Sequence record: OR228459.1
Direction: 5' to 3' (one strand)
DNA: 64,000 nt
Part shown: in pieces, positions 25,152-35,319 of the stretch
How positions within the stretch are numbered: the first letter of the stretch is position 1
Layout: the number at the start of each line of letters is the position of its first letter
Notes under the pieces: model-generated
Database searches by the model: none
What the model was told of the DNA's origin: nothing
The model's input: only the letters and a program-made list of their open reading frames with translations
Position numbers and translations under genes: made by a program

Positions 25152-25803
25152 TACATTACATCGTTTAATACAGGCATACAAAGCATTGCCTAATATGGAT
25201 AAAGTAAATGTGGGTAATTTCATTAATGAGGGTGTACCGTATGGTATTCGCATCATTAAGCGTAGATTCAATTCCGAGTACAGTCAGGAGTTAGAATTTG
25301 GTGCAATACAGATTGAGATGCCATCATTGAGTGGTAAATTGTATGTACCTATTATGGATTTCAGGGTAAATCATCCGAGTAAATTCAAGAGTGTATCTCC
25401 TATATTGAACATTGACCCGCATTGGATTGGTATACAGTTCAGTCAGGAGTGCATAGAAGAGTTTGCTGATAATGTAATAGTGCTTGCTAACACGAGGTTC
25501 GAGGGTAAGTCGATTACATTTGAGTTGAGTGGTACAGAAGAAGAGTGTTTTGATACGTTAGAAAGTTCATTGTTCCAGCACAATGTATCCTGTCCAGAGA
25601 ATGAGGTATTAGATTCCGATATTGTATTGAGTCGTTTTAATTTAGGCAATCAGTACATTAAAAGTACATTAGGATTTGAGGGTGAATGTGTTAATAGTTT
25701 AGAGATAATGACGCCAACCTTGACAGTACGAAGAGGATATGATATGATTTTGCCTTACGATGAAATTGCAGAAGTCTTAGAGAATTTTGTGTCACAAAAT
25801 TGA
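25141..25803 (+). CDS. FQxS-motif paralog family protein
   Basis: LESSLFQHNVSC. Confidence 0.7.
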   Translation: MDISTLHRLIQAYKALPNMDKVNVGNFINEGVPYGIRIIKRRFNSEYSQELEFGAIQIEMPSLSGKLYVPIMDFRVNHPSKFKSVSPILNIDPHWIGIQFSQECIEEFADNVIVLANTRFEGKSITFELSGTEEECFDTLESSLFQHNVSCPENEVLDSDIVLSRFNLGNQYIKSTLGFEGECVNSLEIMTPTLTVRRGYDMILPYDEIAEVLENFVSQN

Positions 25804-25966
25804 GGTTTTGGAAATAATAAATAAATGTTTTACATCGGGGAATAGGCGTCCCGGTATGCTAAAAAAATTTTCGCTTCACAAAGTGAAAAATAAAGTATAA
25901 AATAAGGTGCAAACGGGGGCCACCGGGCGACGGTGTGTAGAGATTGATTTTATATTGGAGTTTATT

Positions 25967-26527
25967 TTGTCATTCAAAGATAGATTTAAAGATTTTTCCA
26001 GATTAGAACTTATTGAGTACTGCAAAAAGATTCTTGGTCTATCTAAGTTTCTTCAAGATAACTACACCGAATGTGTAGAGTACTTCGACATTGATACTAA
26101 TAATGGAGATCATGTTCGTATTCGAGATGTATATCATGGTGATGTATGGTTTTCCTTCTATTCTGATTATAGATATCGTTTAGTACAAAACACTTTAGTA
26201 CAGATGCAATTGACTGCTAATATTTCATCATCTTCAGTACTATATGATAGATCAGAAGCCCATCCTAGTGGGGAGACCGGTTTTGAGTTTTCGCGAATTA
26301 TGAATATAACAATACCTTGTTGGTCACATATTTGTACTGAAGAATTATTCTTTCAAGAATCGCTATTATTAGATACGTATACATTTAATATTAATTTTGT
26401 GTACTCATTTTTAAAAGAATTTGGTAATGGGGCATTTACTATTGAGTTGGATGAAGTTGAAGAGAAGCATGATATTTTAATGCAGCACAACAAATATAAG
26501 GATTTCTATGAATCTATCAGACTATAG
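25967..26527 (+). CDS. FQxS-motif paralog family protein
   Basis: TEELFFQESLLL; TTG start after GGAG. Confidence 0.7.
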   Translation: MSFKDRFKDFSRLELIEYCKKILGLSKFLQDNYTECVEYFDIDTNNGDHVRIRDVYHGDVWFSFYSDYRYRLVQNTLVQMQLTANISSSSVLYDRSEAHPSGETGFEFSRIMNITIPCWSHICTEELFFQESLLLDTYTFNINFVYSFLKEFGNGAFTIELDEVEEKHDILMQHNKYKDFYESIRL

Positions 26528-27116
26528 ATATGAAGACTGGATGAACATTAAGGCAGTGGCTTTAGTACTAAGAGACATTTCGGATCACTATGCCTATTCA
26601 GTCACTGGTTCAATTGATAAAGTACTATACGATAATGGTCACTTTAAGATTTCACTGTACACCAGTAGTATTGTTATTCAGAAAAATGTCGAGGATGTAT
26701 TAAGAGAAAGATCATTTATCCTAGGTGTTAATACTGAAGAAGGTGATGACAAACGTCCGTACAGTGCTCGCTTACACAAAGAATCAGATAGATTTACTGT
26801 TCGCAATTCGGACAGTAATAGTATTTTGCACGTTGATAATAATAACTGGTGGTTCCGTGATGTTCGCGGTGATGAAGTGTATCTTGATGTACTTGAAAGT
26901 ACTGATAAAGAATCTTTAGAGCTTGAAGTATTTCAGAAGAGTTTAATATATACTGAACCCGAAATGAATGCTATGATCATGAACTATCTATTACGTAACA
27001 CACTAATAAGTAATGAAAGTAGTAAAATATACCTAGGCTATACTAATACATTGCATCATATTTTAGATGCATATCAGTACTTAGAGGATATCCAAAAAAA
27101 ATGTTTGAAAGATTAG
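26508..27116 (+). CDS. FQxS-motif paralog family protein
   Basis: LELEVFQKSLIY. Confidence 0.75.
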   Translation: MNLSDYRYEDWMNIKAVALVLRDISDHYAYSVTGSIDKVLYDNGHFKISLYTSSIVIQKNVEDVLRERSFILGVNTEEGDDKRPYSARLHKESDRFTVRNSDSNSILHVDNNNWWFRDVRGDEVYLDVLESTDKESLELEVFQKSLIYTEPEMNAMIMNYLLRNTLISNESSKIYLGYTNTLHHILDAYQYLEDIQKKCLKD

Positions 27117-27640
27117 AGTACATTAAAAAGTTGATAGATATGATGATTTACATTCATAGTAATCACATACATCTTACCAGACCATTATCTAAAAATGTTA
27201 GCATATCATCGAAGCTAGATGATAATGCACTTGCGACAACAATTATTGATAAATTAGATCAGTGGTTTGTTATGGCCTGTCATGATTATGTTGGACAGCC
27301 TATAACAGAAAATACGATATTCTACTGTGATAATAGTTTTGGTAGTGGACACGTTCAGTGCACTATGCATTCATCATATATAGCAGATCAACGAGGTATT
27401 GCACACACAGAAAGTGAGATTACATTACCAGTACTTGATTTTCTTGAAGAATCATCATTATTTCAGTACAGTACAATGTACAATGATTATCATCTATTCT
27501 TTATGTGGGTTGAATGTGCATATCATGATGTACTTCCTAAGAACTTTTATATGTCATTGAACGCCACAAAGTTGCTTGGTATGAGTGTAGAGTACTTGAA
27601 GGAATCGGTAAACATCATTGAACAAGAGTTGAATTATTGA
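27101..27640 (+). CDS. FQxS-motif paralog family protein
   Basis: EESSLFQYSTMY. Confidence 0.75.
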   Translation: MFERLEYIKKLIDMMIYIHSNHIHLTRPLSKNVSISSKLDDNALATTIIDKLDQWFVMACHDYVGQPITENTIFYCDNSFGSGHVQCTMHSSYIADQRGIAHTESEITLPVLDFLEESSLFQYSTMYNDYHLFFMWVECAYHDVLPKNFYMSLNATKLLGMSVEYLKESVNIIEQELNY

Positions 27641-27696
27641 TTGACAAGGGCGGTGTATAATGTTACACTGCCCTTTCTTATTATTAGGAGGGTTCT

Positions 27697-28251
27697 ATGG
27701 ACAACCGAGTTTTTAATGAAATGAAGCGTTTCGCGGTGATGATTGATAATGAGTGGGATGAATTACAGTTCAGGAAAGAGACAGTCATAGATATTGGTAA
27801 TGATTATGTTCTGACGAAGTGTGTTCATTCTGATGTGGAAAAGATTATACTTCAAAAGAAACGTCCGTACACTGTTATTAATTTAAATGTTATAACATTT
27901 TGTCGTGCACCGATGTTTTTACCTAAAGAGCCGAACAGGTTAGATCGTGGTGAGTTTATATCACTTACAAGTGATTCACCAATATGTGAAATGTTTTTAT
28001 CGGACTCGGTAAGTATTCCATACGACAGAACATGTTCCGTAGATGAGCGTAAAATGTCGGTGGACTTAACGGTTGATGATGATATCATGCGTCAATTCAT
28101 GCATGTGGTCATTGACTATCAGGAACATAATTTCAAGAATCTCACGCACTGCGTTTATAAATTTGATTATTCAGTTGACTTTGCATCAGGTTGCGTGTAT
28201 GATATTATTACATCCAGACCATTATTCAGAAAATATGGAGTACTGAAATGA
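27697..28251 (+). CDS. Hypothetical protein (no clear FQ motif)
   Basis: AGGAGG RBS, own promoter. Confidence 0.75.
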   Translation: MDNRVFNEMKRFAVMIDNEWDELQFRKETVIDIGNDYVLTKCVHSDVEKIILQKKRPYTVINLNVITFCRAPMFLPKEPNRLDRGEFISLTSDSPICEMFLSDSVSIPYDRTCSVDERKMSVDLTVDDDIMRQFMHVVIDYQEHNFKNLTHCVYKFDYSVDFASGCVYDIITSRPLFRKYGVLK

Positions 28252-28895
28252 ATCACAACACACTTTTCAAACACTATCGTATCCTCAAGCACTTAGTAGA
28301 ATGTAGTAAAAAGCTAGATCAATCTGCTGGTAATCCTGAAATCAAATTCAAGATGATGTGGGAACTAGGTGAATTTGATGAAAAGGTTATTCGGTTACAT
28401 TACGCTAAAGATAATGCATCAATCCAAATGGCAATAATCGATCCGATTAAGCATGATATAAAAAGAATTGTTAAAATTCGCATGGCCCACAACAACCATT
28501 ACTATGATAAGAAGAATTATCTTTCGTACAATGGTAATGGTTTTACAATTAACGGTTCGGACAAAATTCGTTATACTGAATTGAATGCACATGAACACAT
28601 TTTACTTGATCCCCTACCACTAGAGACTGCTGGTTCATTAGTACTTCGCGATTCGTTAGAAGAGATTGATTTCCAGTACAACACACTATACAACTTCACT
28701 GGTAATGCATTTCAGATGTACTGTATCTTTAGTATGTTGTTCCATATTGATAATATTACGAAACCTTTTTACATGAATTCTGGAGAAGAAGCATTGATGA
28801 ATGTAGAATTATCAATGAATATTCCAGAAAATATTATTGATGACCTTGCAGTACGTGTTGAAGAATTCCATAAGAAACTACATGAGGATTTGTAA
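28248..28895 (+). CDS. FQxS-motif paralog family protein
   Basis: LEEIDFQYNTLY. Confidence 0.75.
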   Translation: MNHNTLFKHYRILKHLVECSKKLDQSAGNPEIKFKMMWELGEFDEKVIRLHYAKDNASIQMAIIDPIKHDIKRIVKIRMAHNNHYYDKKNYLSYNGNGFTINGSDKIRYTELNAHEHILLDPLPLETAGSLVLRDSLEEIDFQYNTLYNFTGNAFQMYCIFSMLFHIDNITKPFYMNSGEEALMNVELSMNIPENIIDDLAVRVEEFHKKLHEDL

Positions 28896-29401
28896 TGAAT
28901 AAGCACTTGCACGTAATCAAAGAATTAGAAAAGATAATGGATGCATGTCATTTTGAATCCAAAACCTTCAATAAGAGGTATCCTTCTGATTTTTGTATTA
29001 CAGTTGATTGCAGAGAAGAATACCCACGTGCAAGTATTTTTACTATGCCTAATATAGAAACAATCTATTACATTAGTAAAGTACCTACTAAGAATAGTCT
29101 TTGCTATTGTCATCCCAAAAAAGCATCGTGTTTATCTTTAAACAGTGTTGATGTATTACAAATCGGCAGTGATACTGTTATCGATTTGGAGCCTATCAAT
29201 TTACTTGAAGATAATTCAGATAAGCTATTCCAGATGAGTACTTTATTCCCTAACTTCATAGTTGAGTCATGGGCGGTTATTTCTCATTTACGTTTCGGTG
29301 ATTCAGACATTGAAGGTTTAGTCATTAGTGATATTAGTGATGAACATTATAATAATGTACTAGAACTTCTAGAACAAGCAAAAGGTGATATACATGAGTG
29401 A
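28895..29401 (+). CDS. FQxS-motif paralog family protein
   Basis: NSDKLFQMSTLF. Confidence 0.75.
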   Translation: MNKHLHVIKELEKIMDACHFESKTFNKRYPSDFCITVDCREEYPRASIFTMPNIETIYYISKVPTKNSLCYCHPKKASCLSLNSVDVLQIGSDTVIDLEPINLLEDNSDKLFQMSTLFPNFIVESWAVISHLRFGDSDIEGLVISDISDEHYNNVLELLEQAKGDIHE

Positions 29402-29930
29402 AATCAATCCAGTATTTGAATTGGTTTGTAAAATTAAAACAATTCGCGATTATCAACGTTGTGCTACACACTATAAGTACTTTCCAAAATTTGAAAAAGG
29501 TGACTTTGCAATTCATGCATTTGAACTCGATGCTCTTGAGATAAAACAGATAAGTGCTAACTTCCCAATCATGTGTATAAATGATATCAATACAGTACTT
29601 GAATACGAAAACAACCATCGTGATCAAAATAATGAACACAGATATACTTTCTTTTGGCGGAGGTCAAGTGGGGATGATATCGAAAGGGCTGATACTTCTA
29701 AATTTTCATTACCTTTGTTTGATGGTACTAACTATGACGAAGTAGAATTCAATGCTGATATGCTTGTAGTTAATTCATTACCTGTAGTACTTTGCACTCT
29801 ATTAAAAGAGTACAGTAAGGAAACTAATACCATATATTTGGGTCGTTTTACGTATGATGATGTACCTACAATTAATAATCTATTAGATGAGGCAATAGAA
29901 TGGATCAACAAAAGTACACAAGCATCTTAA
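29385..29930 (+). CDS. FQxS-motif family protein (variant)
   Basis: YDEVEFNADMLV. Confidence 0.6.
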   Translation: MIYMSEINPVFELVCKIKTIRDYQRCATHYKYFPKFEKGDFAIHAFELDALEIKQISANFPIMCINDINTVLEYENNHRDQNNEHRYTFFWRRSSGDDIERADTSKFSLPLFDGTNYDEVEFNADMLVVNSLPVVLCTLLKEYSKETNTIYLGRFTYDDVPTINNLLDEAIEWINKSTQAS

Positions 29931-30493
29931 TGGCGTTATTACATTTATTGAAGAAACATGATGAAATGAACACTTATTTCGATTCTGAAATTTCTTTTAT
30001 GCACAATTCAGAATGTATTACAGTGCAATTAAATTGTGATGAATATGCTACTGCTATGTCAGTTAAATTCGATTCGAAAAATCTCATCCGAATTCGTCTT
30101 GTTAATTGGTGCAGATTACATAATAGTACTGAATCAGAGGCATTGGATGATTTTAGTAATATCAATATGTCTTCTAGAGAATCAAGCGATTCCAGTTCGT
30201 TAAATTGCATTACACTCAATCCAGAAAAGATTAAGTTGTACATTCAAGGTTTCAAGAATCATTTAGTAGATTATAATAATATAGAGAGTGAACATTTCCA
30301 GATTAGTACAATAGAAGATATTCCAGATTTGGAACAATATCAGTACATGAGAAAAATGTATGATTTTTATAGTTCTTTATTGCCACAATTTGTTGGTTTG
30401 AATATTCAGTACATTAAAGATGAAAAATATAATAATTGTGATTTTATAGATTTCATAACTAAGAAAATTTGGGGGTTGATTGCATTATCATGA
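29900..30493 (+). CDS. FQxS-motif paralog family protein
   Basis: IESEHFQISTIE. Confidence 0.75.
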   Translation: MDQQKYTSILMALLHLLKKHDEMNTYFDSEISFMHNSECITVQLNCDEYATAMSVKFDSKNLIRIRLVNWCRLHNSTESEALDDFSNINMSSRESSDSSSLNCITLNPEKIKLYIQGFKNHLVDYNNIESEHFQISTIEDIPDLEQYQYMRKMYDFYSSLLPQFVGLNIQYIKDEKYNNCDFIDFITKKIWGLIALS

Positions 30494-31134
30494 AAACGAT
30501 TTACGAAAAGGCAGAGAAGTTTTGTGGATATCTTAAAGATATTGTGTACATGATGCGTTTCTATCAGGATCATTATGTTAGATTGAATAATTATAAAAAT
30601 ACATATAACAATACAATGATTCTAGGAAATGCAAATGAAAAAATGCGGTCGTATTATTTTAACTTCATGCATGAAGAATTTGGTATCATGAATGCAATCA
30701 CGACAAATGATATGTACGATAGACTTATCACGATAACCAACTCTAAAAGTCATATAGATAATAATATTAAAGGTGATAGACCGAAATATAATTTTGTTAT
30801 GTACTACTATGACAAGGTTGAGGATGACATGTGGCCTTTATTTGACATGTTGACTAACGGTATTGAATCTGATACAATCAAAGAAACTGAATTTCAAGCA
30901 CTGATGTTACATAATGAAGATACTTTACAAAAATACTATATTGCTATTATCATGATGGAGACATTAGGTTTATTCAGTGATCTTGATATGCCAGTACCAA
31001 TATTGGCATTGGGTAGTACTGATATACTGCGGTTCATCCCTGCAAGAAAAGCAATGATTGATATGATGACAAAGAAGGTTGGAGATGATTGGAAAACAAA
31101 ACTTGAAAAGCGTTATGGACATGTTATTAAATGA
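30469..31134 (+). CDS. FQxS-motif paralog family protein
   Basis: IKETEFQALMLH. Confidence 0.7.
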   Translation: MGVDCIIMKTIYEKAEKFCGYLKDIVYMMRFYQDHYVRLNNYKNTYNNTMILGNANEKMRSYYFNFMHEEFGIMNAITTNDMYDRLITITNSKSHIDNNIKGDRPKYNFVMYYYDKVEDDMWPLFDMLTNGIESDTIKETEFQALMLHNEDTLQKYYIAIIMMETLGLFSDLDMPVPILALGSTDILRFIPARKAMIDMMTKKVGDDWKTKLEKRYGHVIK

Positions 31135-31672
31135 TGAAGTTTACTTTTCATTATTCAATCTAATTGAGCGTTACAGGAACTTTCAAAGTACTTGTACACC
31201 TGATTTGTTACGTAATATGTCTGAGAGACTTGAAAATATTACAGCAGATTATTGGAAAGAATATTTTGGTATTTCATTCAGAAGTCATTCACATAGTTCG
31301 ATGGATAATATACTTACACTAAGTGAGTATGTTTCTACACATACCACAAATTTCATTTCAGTAAATGGTCTTGTTGTTCATGGGAATATTATTGGTACAG
31401 AAATTTGTCCATTAAAAGATACCAATCTTGATGAAATAGAATATGACTTCTATTTTTATTTGAATAACTGTAGTCTTTCTAGTAATAATGATGCTGAACT
31501 ATTCCAACAAAGTACACTGTATAATGTTTATAGCCCTTCTGAACTTCAGGAAATGGTTATTCGTTTAACCAACTTACCACTTCATCAAAATGAACGATTG
31601 ACACTGGAACCCGAAGTGTGTTATTATCAGTGCTATAAATTTTTTGACGAATTACTACGGGGATATTCATGA
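31079..31672 (+). CDS. FQxS-motif paralog family protein
   Basis: NDAELFQQSTLY. Confidence 0.75.
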   Translation: MEMIGKQNLKSVMDMLLNDEVYFSLFNLIERYRNFQSTCTPDLLRNMSERLENITADYWKEYFGISFRSHSHSSMDNILTLSEYVSTHTTNFISVNGLVVHGNIIGTEICPLKDTNLDEIEYDFYFYLNNCSLSSNNDAELFQQSTLYNVYSPSELQEMVIRLTNLPLHQNERLTLEPEVCYYQCYKFFDELLRGYS

Positions 31673-32073
31673 TTCTATATCATGCTAGTACTGTTAAAAT
31701 TGATAAATTCTATGTTCCATATGGTGGTCTACATGTGGGAGGTATCCATAGTGCTCTTGAGGCTGCTTTACGCAAGGTTCGTCAATATGATGGCCCCGAT
31801 GTATTGGATATATATTTACATCGTGTAGAGGTCAATACAGGACGTTCTATGCTATATGAAGACATGGGTGATGATCATGGTTGGAGGGCTGCAATCATTT
31901 GCAACAGAGACAACTATGATAGTATTGAGTACAAGAACAAATTCGAACCTGATGTAGTCAATTCTTTTGTACTATGGCAGCCTGAGCGTGTAAAAATACT
32001 TTCAGTTGACGTAATGAGTCAAGATGAAGCAGAGGATATTGTAAATGAGTTTTATGAAACGTACAATTTTTAA
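31669..32073 (+). CDS. ADP-ribosyltransferase-like protein (ART-PolyVal-like)
   Basis: LYHAS...GLHVG...YDSIEYKNKFE...SFVLWQPERVK. Confidence 0.6.
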   Translation: MILYHASTVKIDKFYVPYGGLHVGGIHSALEAALRKVRQYDGPDVLDIYLHRVEVNTGRSMLYEDMGDDHGWRAAIICNRDNYDSIEYKNKFEPDVVNSFVLWQPERVKILSVDVMSQDEAEDIVNEFYETYNF

Positions 32074-32677
32074 GGATGATGCCGATAGAGATATCTATCT
32101 ATATCATCTTATGCTAGATTTAGGTGAACGCTTTTCCGACGTTTTTTATCATGAATTTAAGCACACTATGGAACTATCTGATGGAAAAATTGCAACTTTC
32201 AGTACTAGTACATATTCAATGTGTTTAGAAGTTGATACGGGAAAATATAATGAACAGGGTGAACGTGAAGTATTTGAACTATGTGAAATAGGCACAGAAC
32301 ACTCAATGTACATTATGAATTTCAGAACTTACAGGGCATGGGGTCGTAACTTCATTGAGAATGATTCAAGAGGAAGAGAATATACATTCTTTGATAGTGA
32401 TGGATTAATGGATGATGATGAATTAGATATGAAGTTCTACGATGGAAAGATTGGTATGCAAGAAGATGAGTACTTTCAGATTTCTTTAATTCGTCCAGAT
32501 GTAGTTTTGAAATATGAAGATTTAGAACGTTATATGGAAGCATTAACTTGCAAATCAGAAAAATTGAAGAACCTTTGTTTTTATTATCGTCATGATGCTC
32601 CAATTTCAGTGCAGGATTATCATTACTTATATGATGAAGTACTAAGATATATTGAGGAATTTGTACCATGTCAGTAG
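32045..32677 (+). CDS. FQxS-motif paralog family protein
   Basis: QEDEYFQISLIR. Confidence 0.75.
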   Translation: MSFMKRTIFKDDADRDIYLYHLMLDLGERFSDVFYHEFKHTMELSDGKIATFSTSTYSMCLEVDTGKYNEQGEREVFELCEIGTEHSMYIMNFRTYRAWGRNFIENDSRGREYTFFDSDGLMDDDELDMKFYDGKIGMQEDEYFQISLIRPDVVLKYEDLERYMEALTCKSEKLKNLCFYYRHDAPISVQDYHYLYDEVLRYIEEFVPCQ

Positions 32678-33249
32678 AAAAAGATATTGAGTACTTCAAG
32701 GTGGTGCAGGATATTGCAATTAAACTATTAGAGTATCAAATTAGTCGTGGTATCCATTTTAGTAGTGAATTTAAATTCGATTCACATTCGTATTTAAAGT
32801 TGACTAGTTCAGAAAAAATGATTTCATTACGGTGGAGTTATCAAAATGATGTAGAACAAATATTTAACCTTTCAAGGGTAAATGAAGGTTTGAGTCTATA
32901 CACTCCACACTCATGGAATGTGAATTATATCAATGAAGATTACAAAAATCGTTTTAGTTTTGTTAATACACAAGATGATACAAATACAGAATTAGTAGAA
33001 GCTGAAGAGTACATTGACAGTTTTTTCACTAATGGTTTGTGTTCTGAAGATGACCATTTTCAGTTATCTTTACTGCACCCGGAGTTACCAGAGTATTCCG
33101 ATATTCAAAAAGCATACGATGAAGTACTAATGGTGGATTGTCCAGAATTAAAAGGTTATATGCTTTTTGTTGGAATGGGATTAAATATGAGGACTGTTCG
33201 TAAGATTCGTAGGATGATTATTCATAGATACAGTCTATATAATGATTGA
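32668..33249 (+). CDS. FQxS-motif paralog family protein
   Basis: SEDDHFQLSLLH. Confidence 0.75.
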   Translation: MSVEKDIEYFKVVQDIAIKLLEYQISRGIHFSSEFKFDSHSYLKLTSSEKMISLRWSYQNDVEQIFNLSRVNEGLSLYTPHSWNVNYINEDYKNRFSFVNTQDDTNTELVEAEEYIDSFFTNGLCSEDDHFQLSLLHPELPEYSDIQKAYDEVLMVDCPELKGYMLFVGMGLNMRTVRKIRRMIIHRYSLYND

Positions 33250-33266
33250 AAAGTAAGTGAGGATAT

Positions 33267-33731
33267 ATGAGTGTAATTTCAGTACTTGAGAATATTGACA
33301 CTATCAATTATATTATTCAACATTGCGTACAATTAAGTACTGGTAAAGAGCTAGTTCCACGTAATTCATTTGTTCATGGTGAAGGTTATGCAATGGATGT
33401 TCGGTCAGCGGGTACACGTAGTCATTTGAATTTGCACGTAAGAACTGATTATCTTCAAGATTTATGTCGTATCATGTTGACACCCAAGAAAATGGTTGTA
33501 AGATACAGTGCAGCATTTATGTTTGTGTACAATCCAAAGACTGCGTTGTTCACGACGAATTTATTTGATGAGCCATTTACACTCGATGACTTAGAGGCAG
33601 TATTCTTTACACAAAATTGTGTTCAGGGATGGGGCTTGCAAGTTGAATTTGATTATGATACAATGGTTAAAACATTAACAATGTGTAGAGGAATTTACGA
33701 TGCTTTTCTTGAAGATGCTAAAAAACCATAG
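33267..33731 (+). CDS. FQxS-motif family protein (variant)
   Basis: LEAVFFTQNCVQ. Confidence 0.6.
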   Translation: MSVISVLENIDTINYIIQHCVQLSTGKELVPRNSFVHGEGYAMDVRSAGTRSHLNLHVRTDYLQDLCRIMLTPKKMVVRYSAAFMFVYNPKTALFTTNLFDEPFTLDDLEAVFFTQNCVQGWGLQVEFDYDTMVKTLTMCRGIYDAFLEDAKKP

Positions 33732-34143
33732 TTGTGTTACGACTGAAGATGATCTTATTCATACCCTGTTATTACACCGTGATTTGATGTTCAAAGAAGG
33801 TACTACTAATATTGGTGGTATTCCTTTTTATCACTTCCAAAATGACAGTGGTGCGGCTGAATTCAGTTATGGTACTCATTCATTAACTATTGAAAAAAAT
33901 AGGTCTATGGGTGATTGTGATTTAATTATCACAATAAATCCTGATAAGCGTAATTGCTTTCAATTTTTCATCCGTTCACATGATGATTCTGTACATATTC
34001 CAGATAAAAGTATGACATATCATAGTATACCGTTAAATGCATTTAATGAGTTTGATTTCTTCCAGTACACCCTATTGAACTTATCTCATGCTTGCAGTGA
34101 TGATAATCTAATTAACTTAGTAAACTTACTAAAGGAGTTTTAA
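33700..34143 (+). CDS. FQxS-motif paralog family protein
   Basis: NEFDFFQYTLLN. Confidence 0.7.
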   Translation: MLFLKMLKNHSCVTTEDDLIHTLLLHRDLMFKEGTTNIGGIPFYHFQNDSGAAEFSYGTHSLTIEKNRSMGDCDLIITINPDKRNCFQFFIRSHDDSVHIPDKSMTYHSIPLNAFNEFDFFQYTLLNLSHACSDDNLINLVNLLKEF

Positions 34144-34629
34144 ATGTCAGAACTAAATGTAGTTTTTCAAAAACTAACTGACTATTTTTCTAATAAAGAT
34201 TACACTTCAAATGGTGTAATGCGTAGTGCTGACATTTTCACAGTATCTTCGAAATATAAAACTGTAACATTCGGTATTAATACACTACGTTTTGTATTTG
34301 GTGATGATGAAAAGAATGCAACAATTTCAATCAATCCACTACAAGTTGAAATCGGTTCGTATGTTCGTGACGTTGAGTTAGTACTACAAGTACTTTCATC
34401 TGGTTTTACTAGTAAGTACAATCGTCTACATGTAGATGGTGGTGAGCTATTTCAGTTCAGTACTGTACATGATTTTGACTTTGGAATCCTCCCAGAATTG
34501 ATGACTAAATACTTAGAGCTTCTAAAGGTATTGAAAGACTCACCACGTTCAATTGCAAAAGATAATGTTGATCAAGCAATTGAAAACGTCACGAAAGCGG
34601 TTGAGGCTTATCACCTAGAAGGAAAATAA
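34144..34629 (+). CDS. FQxS-motif paralog family protein
   Basis: GGELFQFSTVHD. Confidence 0.75.
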   Translation: MSELNVVFQKLTDYFSNKDYTSNGVMRSADIFTVSSKYKTVTFGINTLRFVFGDDEKNATISINPLQVEIGSYVRDVELVLQVLSSGFTSKYNRLHVDGGELFQFSTVHDFDFGILPELMTKYLELLKVLKDSPRSIAKDNVDQAIENVTKAVEAYHLEGK

Positions 34630-34675
34630 GATAGAGTACAAGGATTGTACTAGAAATAGGTTCAAGGAGTGAACT

Positions 34676-35149
34676 ATGATCGAATTAAAAGAGAGTGGCC
34701 CCGTACAAGATATAATCACTCACGATGCCTTTAAAATACATGATTTAATGTTTAACTTTCATGATGTGATTCAATGTTTATTTTTGTGCAGTAAGTCAAT
34801 GTATGATTGCTTCCACTCGGATAAATGTAATATTTTTATTGTTACGGTGAGTACTAAAGATTCTTGGGTAATGGGTATGCCTATGTATACTAATCAGGAT
34901 TTTAATGAACGTGTGTGCCGTAATACAGATGAAGAAACCGCACAAAGTAATGTACAAAATCGTCGTAATACATACTTGACAAAAGATGACGATAAGTATA
35001 TGCTATTCCTCACAAAAGGGTTTATTCTCGATAATTTTATTGTGAAGGATAGTTATCACGACTTTAAGGTATCAGAAGACAAACCGCATGTAATGATCTA
35101 TGCTTCCGATATAGAGAGTCTATCAGTAAAAAATCCTGATTTGGAGTAA
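34676..35149 (+). CDS. Hypothetical protein
   Basis: AAGGAG RBS. Confidence 0.75.
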   Translation: MIELKESGPVQDIITHDAFKIHDLMFNFHDVIQCLFLCSKSMYDCFHSDKCNIFIVTVSTKDSWVMGMPMYTNQDFNERVCRNTDEETAQSNVQNRRNTYLTKDDDKYMLFLTKGFILDNFIVKDSYHDFKVSEDKPHVMIYASDIESLSVKNPDLE

Positions 35150-35151
35150 TT

Positions 35152-35304
35152 ATGGCAAAGAAAAGTAAATCCGTTGTTGTCATCAATCCAGTTGCTAAAC
35201 ACATGGAGACCTTCAACAAACCTAAAACTTTTGTTGATCAGAAAAAAGAAACCAAGAATGGTAAAATTAAACATAAAGGACGTGGCTGGGACACGTCCTT
35301 TTAA
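35152..35304 (+). CDS. Small basic protein (50 aa, NPVAKH..FNKP..DQKKE..GKIKHK)
   Basis: Read by hand; GGAG RBS; resembles a widespread NPVAK...KHK family. Confidence 0.7.
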   Translation: MAKKSKSVVVINPVAKHMETFNKPKTFVDQKKETKNGKIKHKGRGWDTSF

Positions 35305-35319
35305 CATTTGTGGGGTACT

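Noticed and set aside
19822-34629. Diversity-generating retroelement behind the paralog array
   Set aside because: No reverse transcriptase and no template/variable repeat pair in the window; similarity is only at the protein-motif level.
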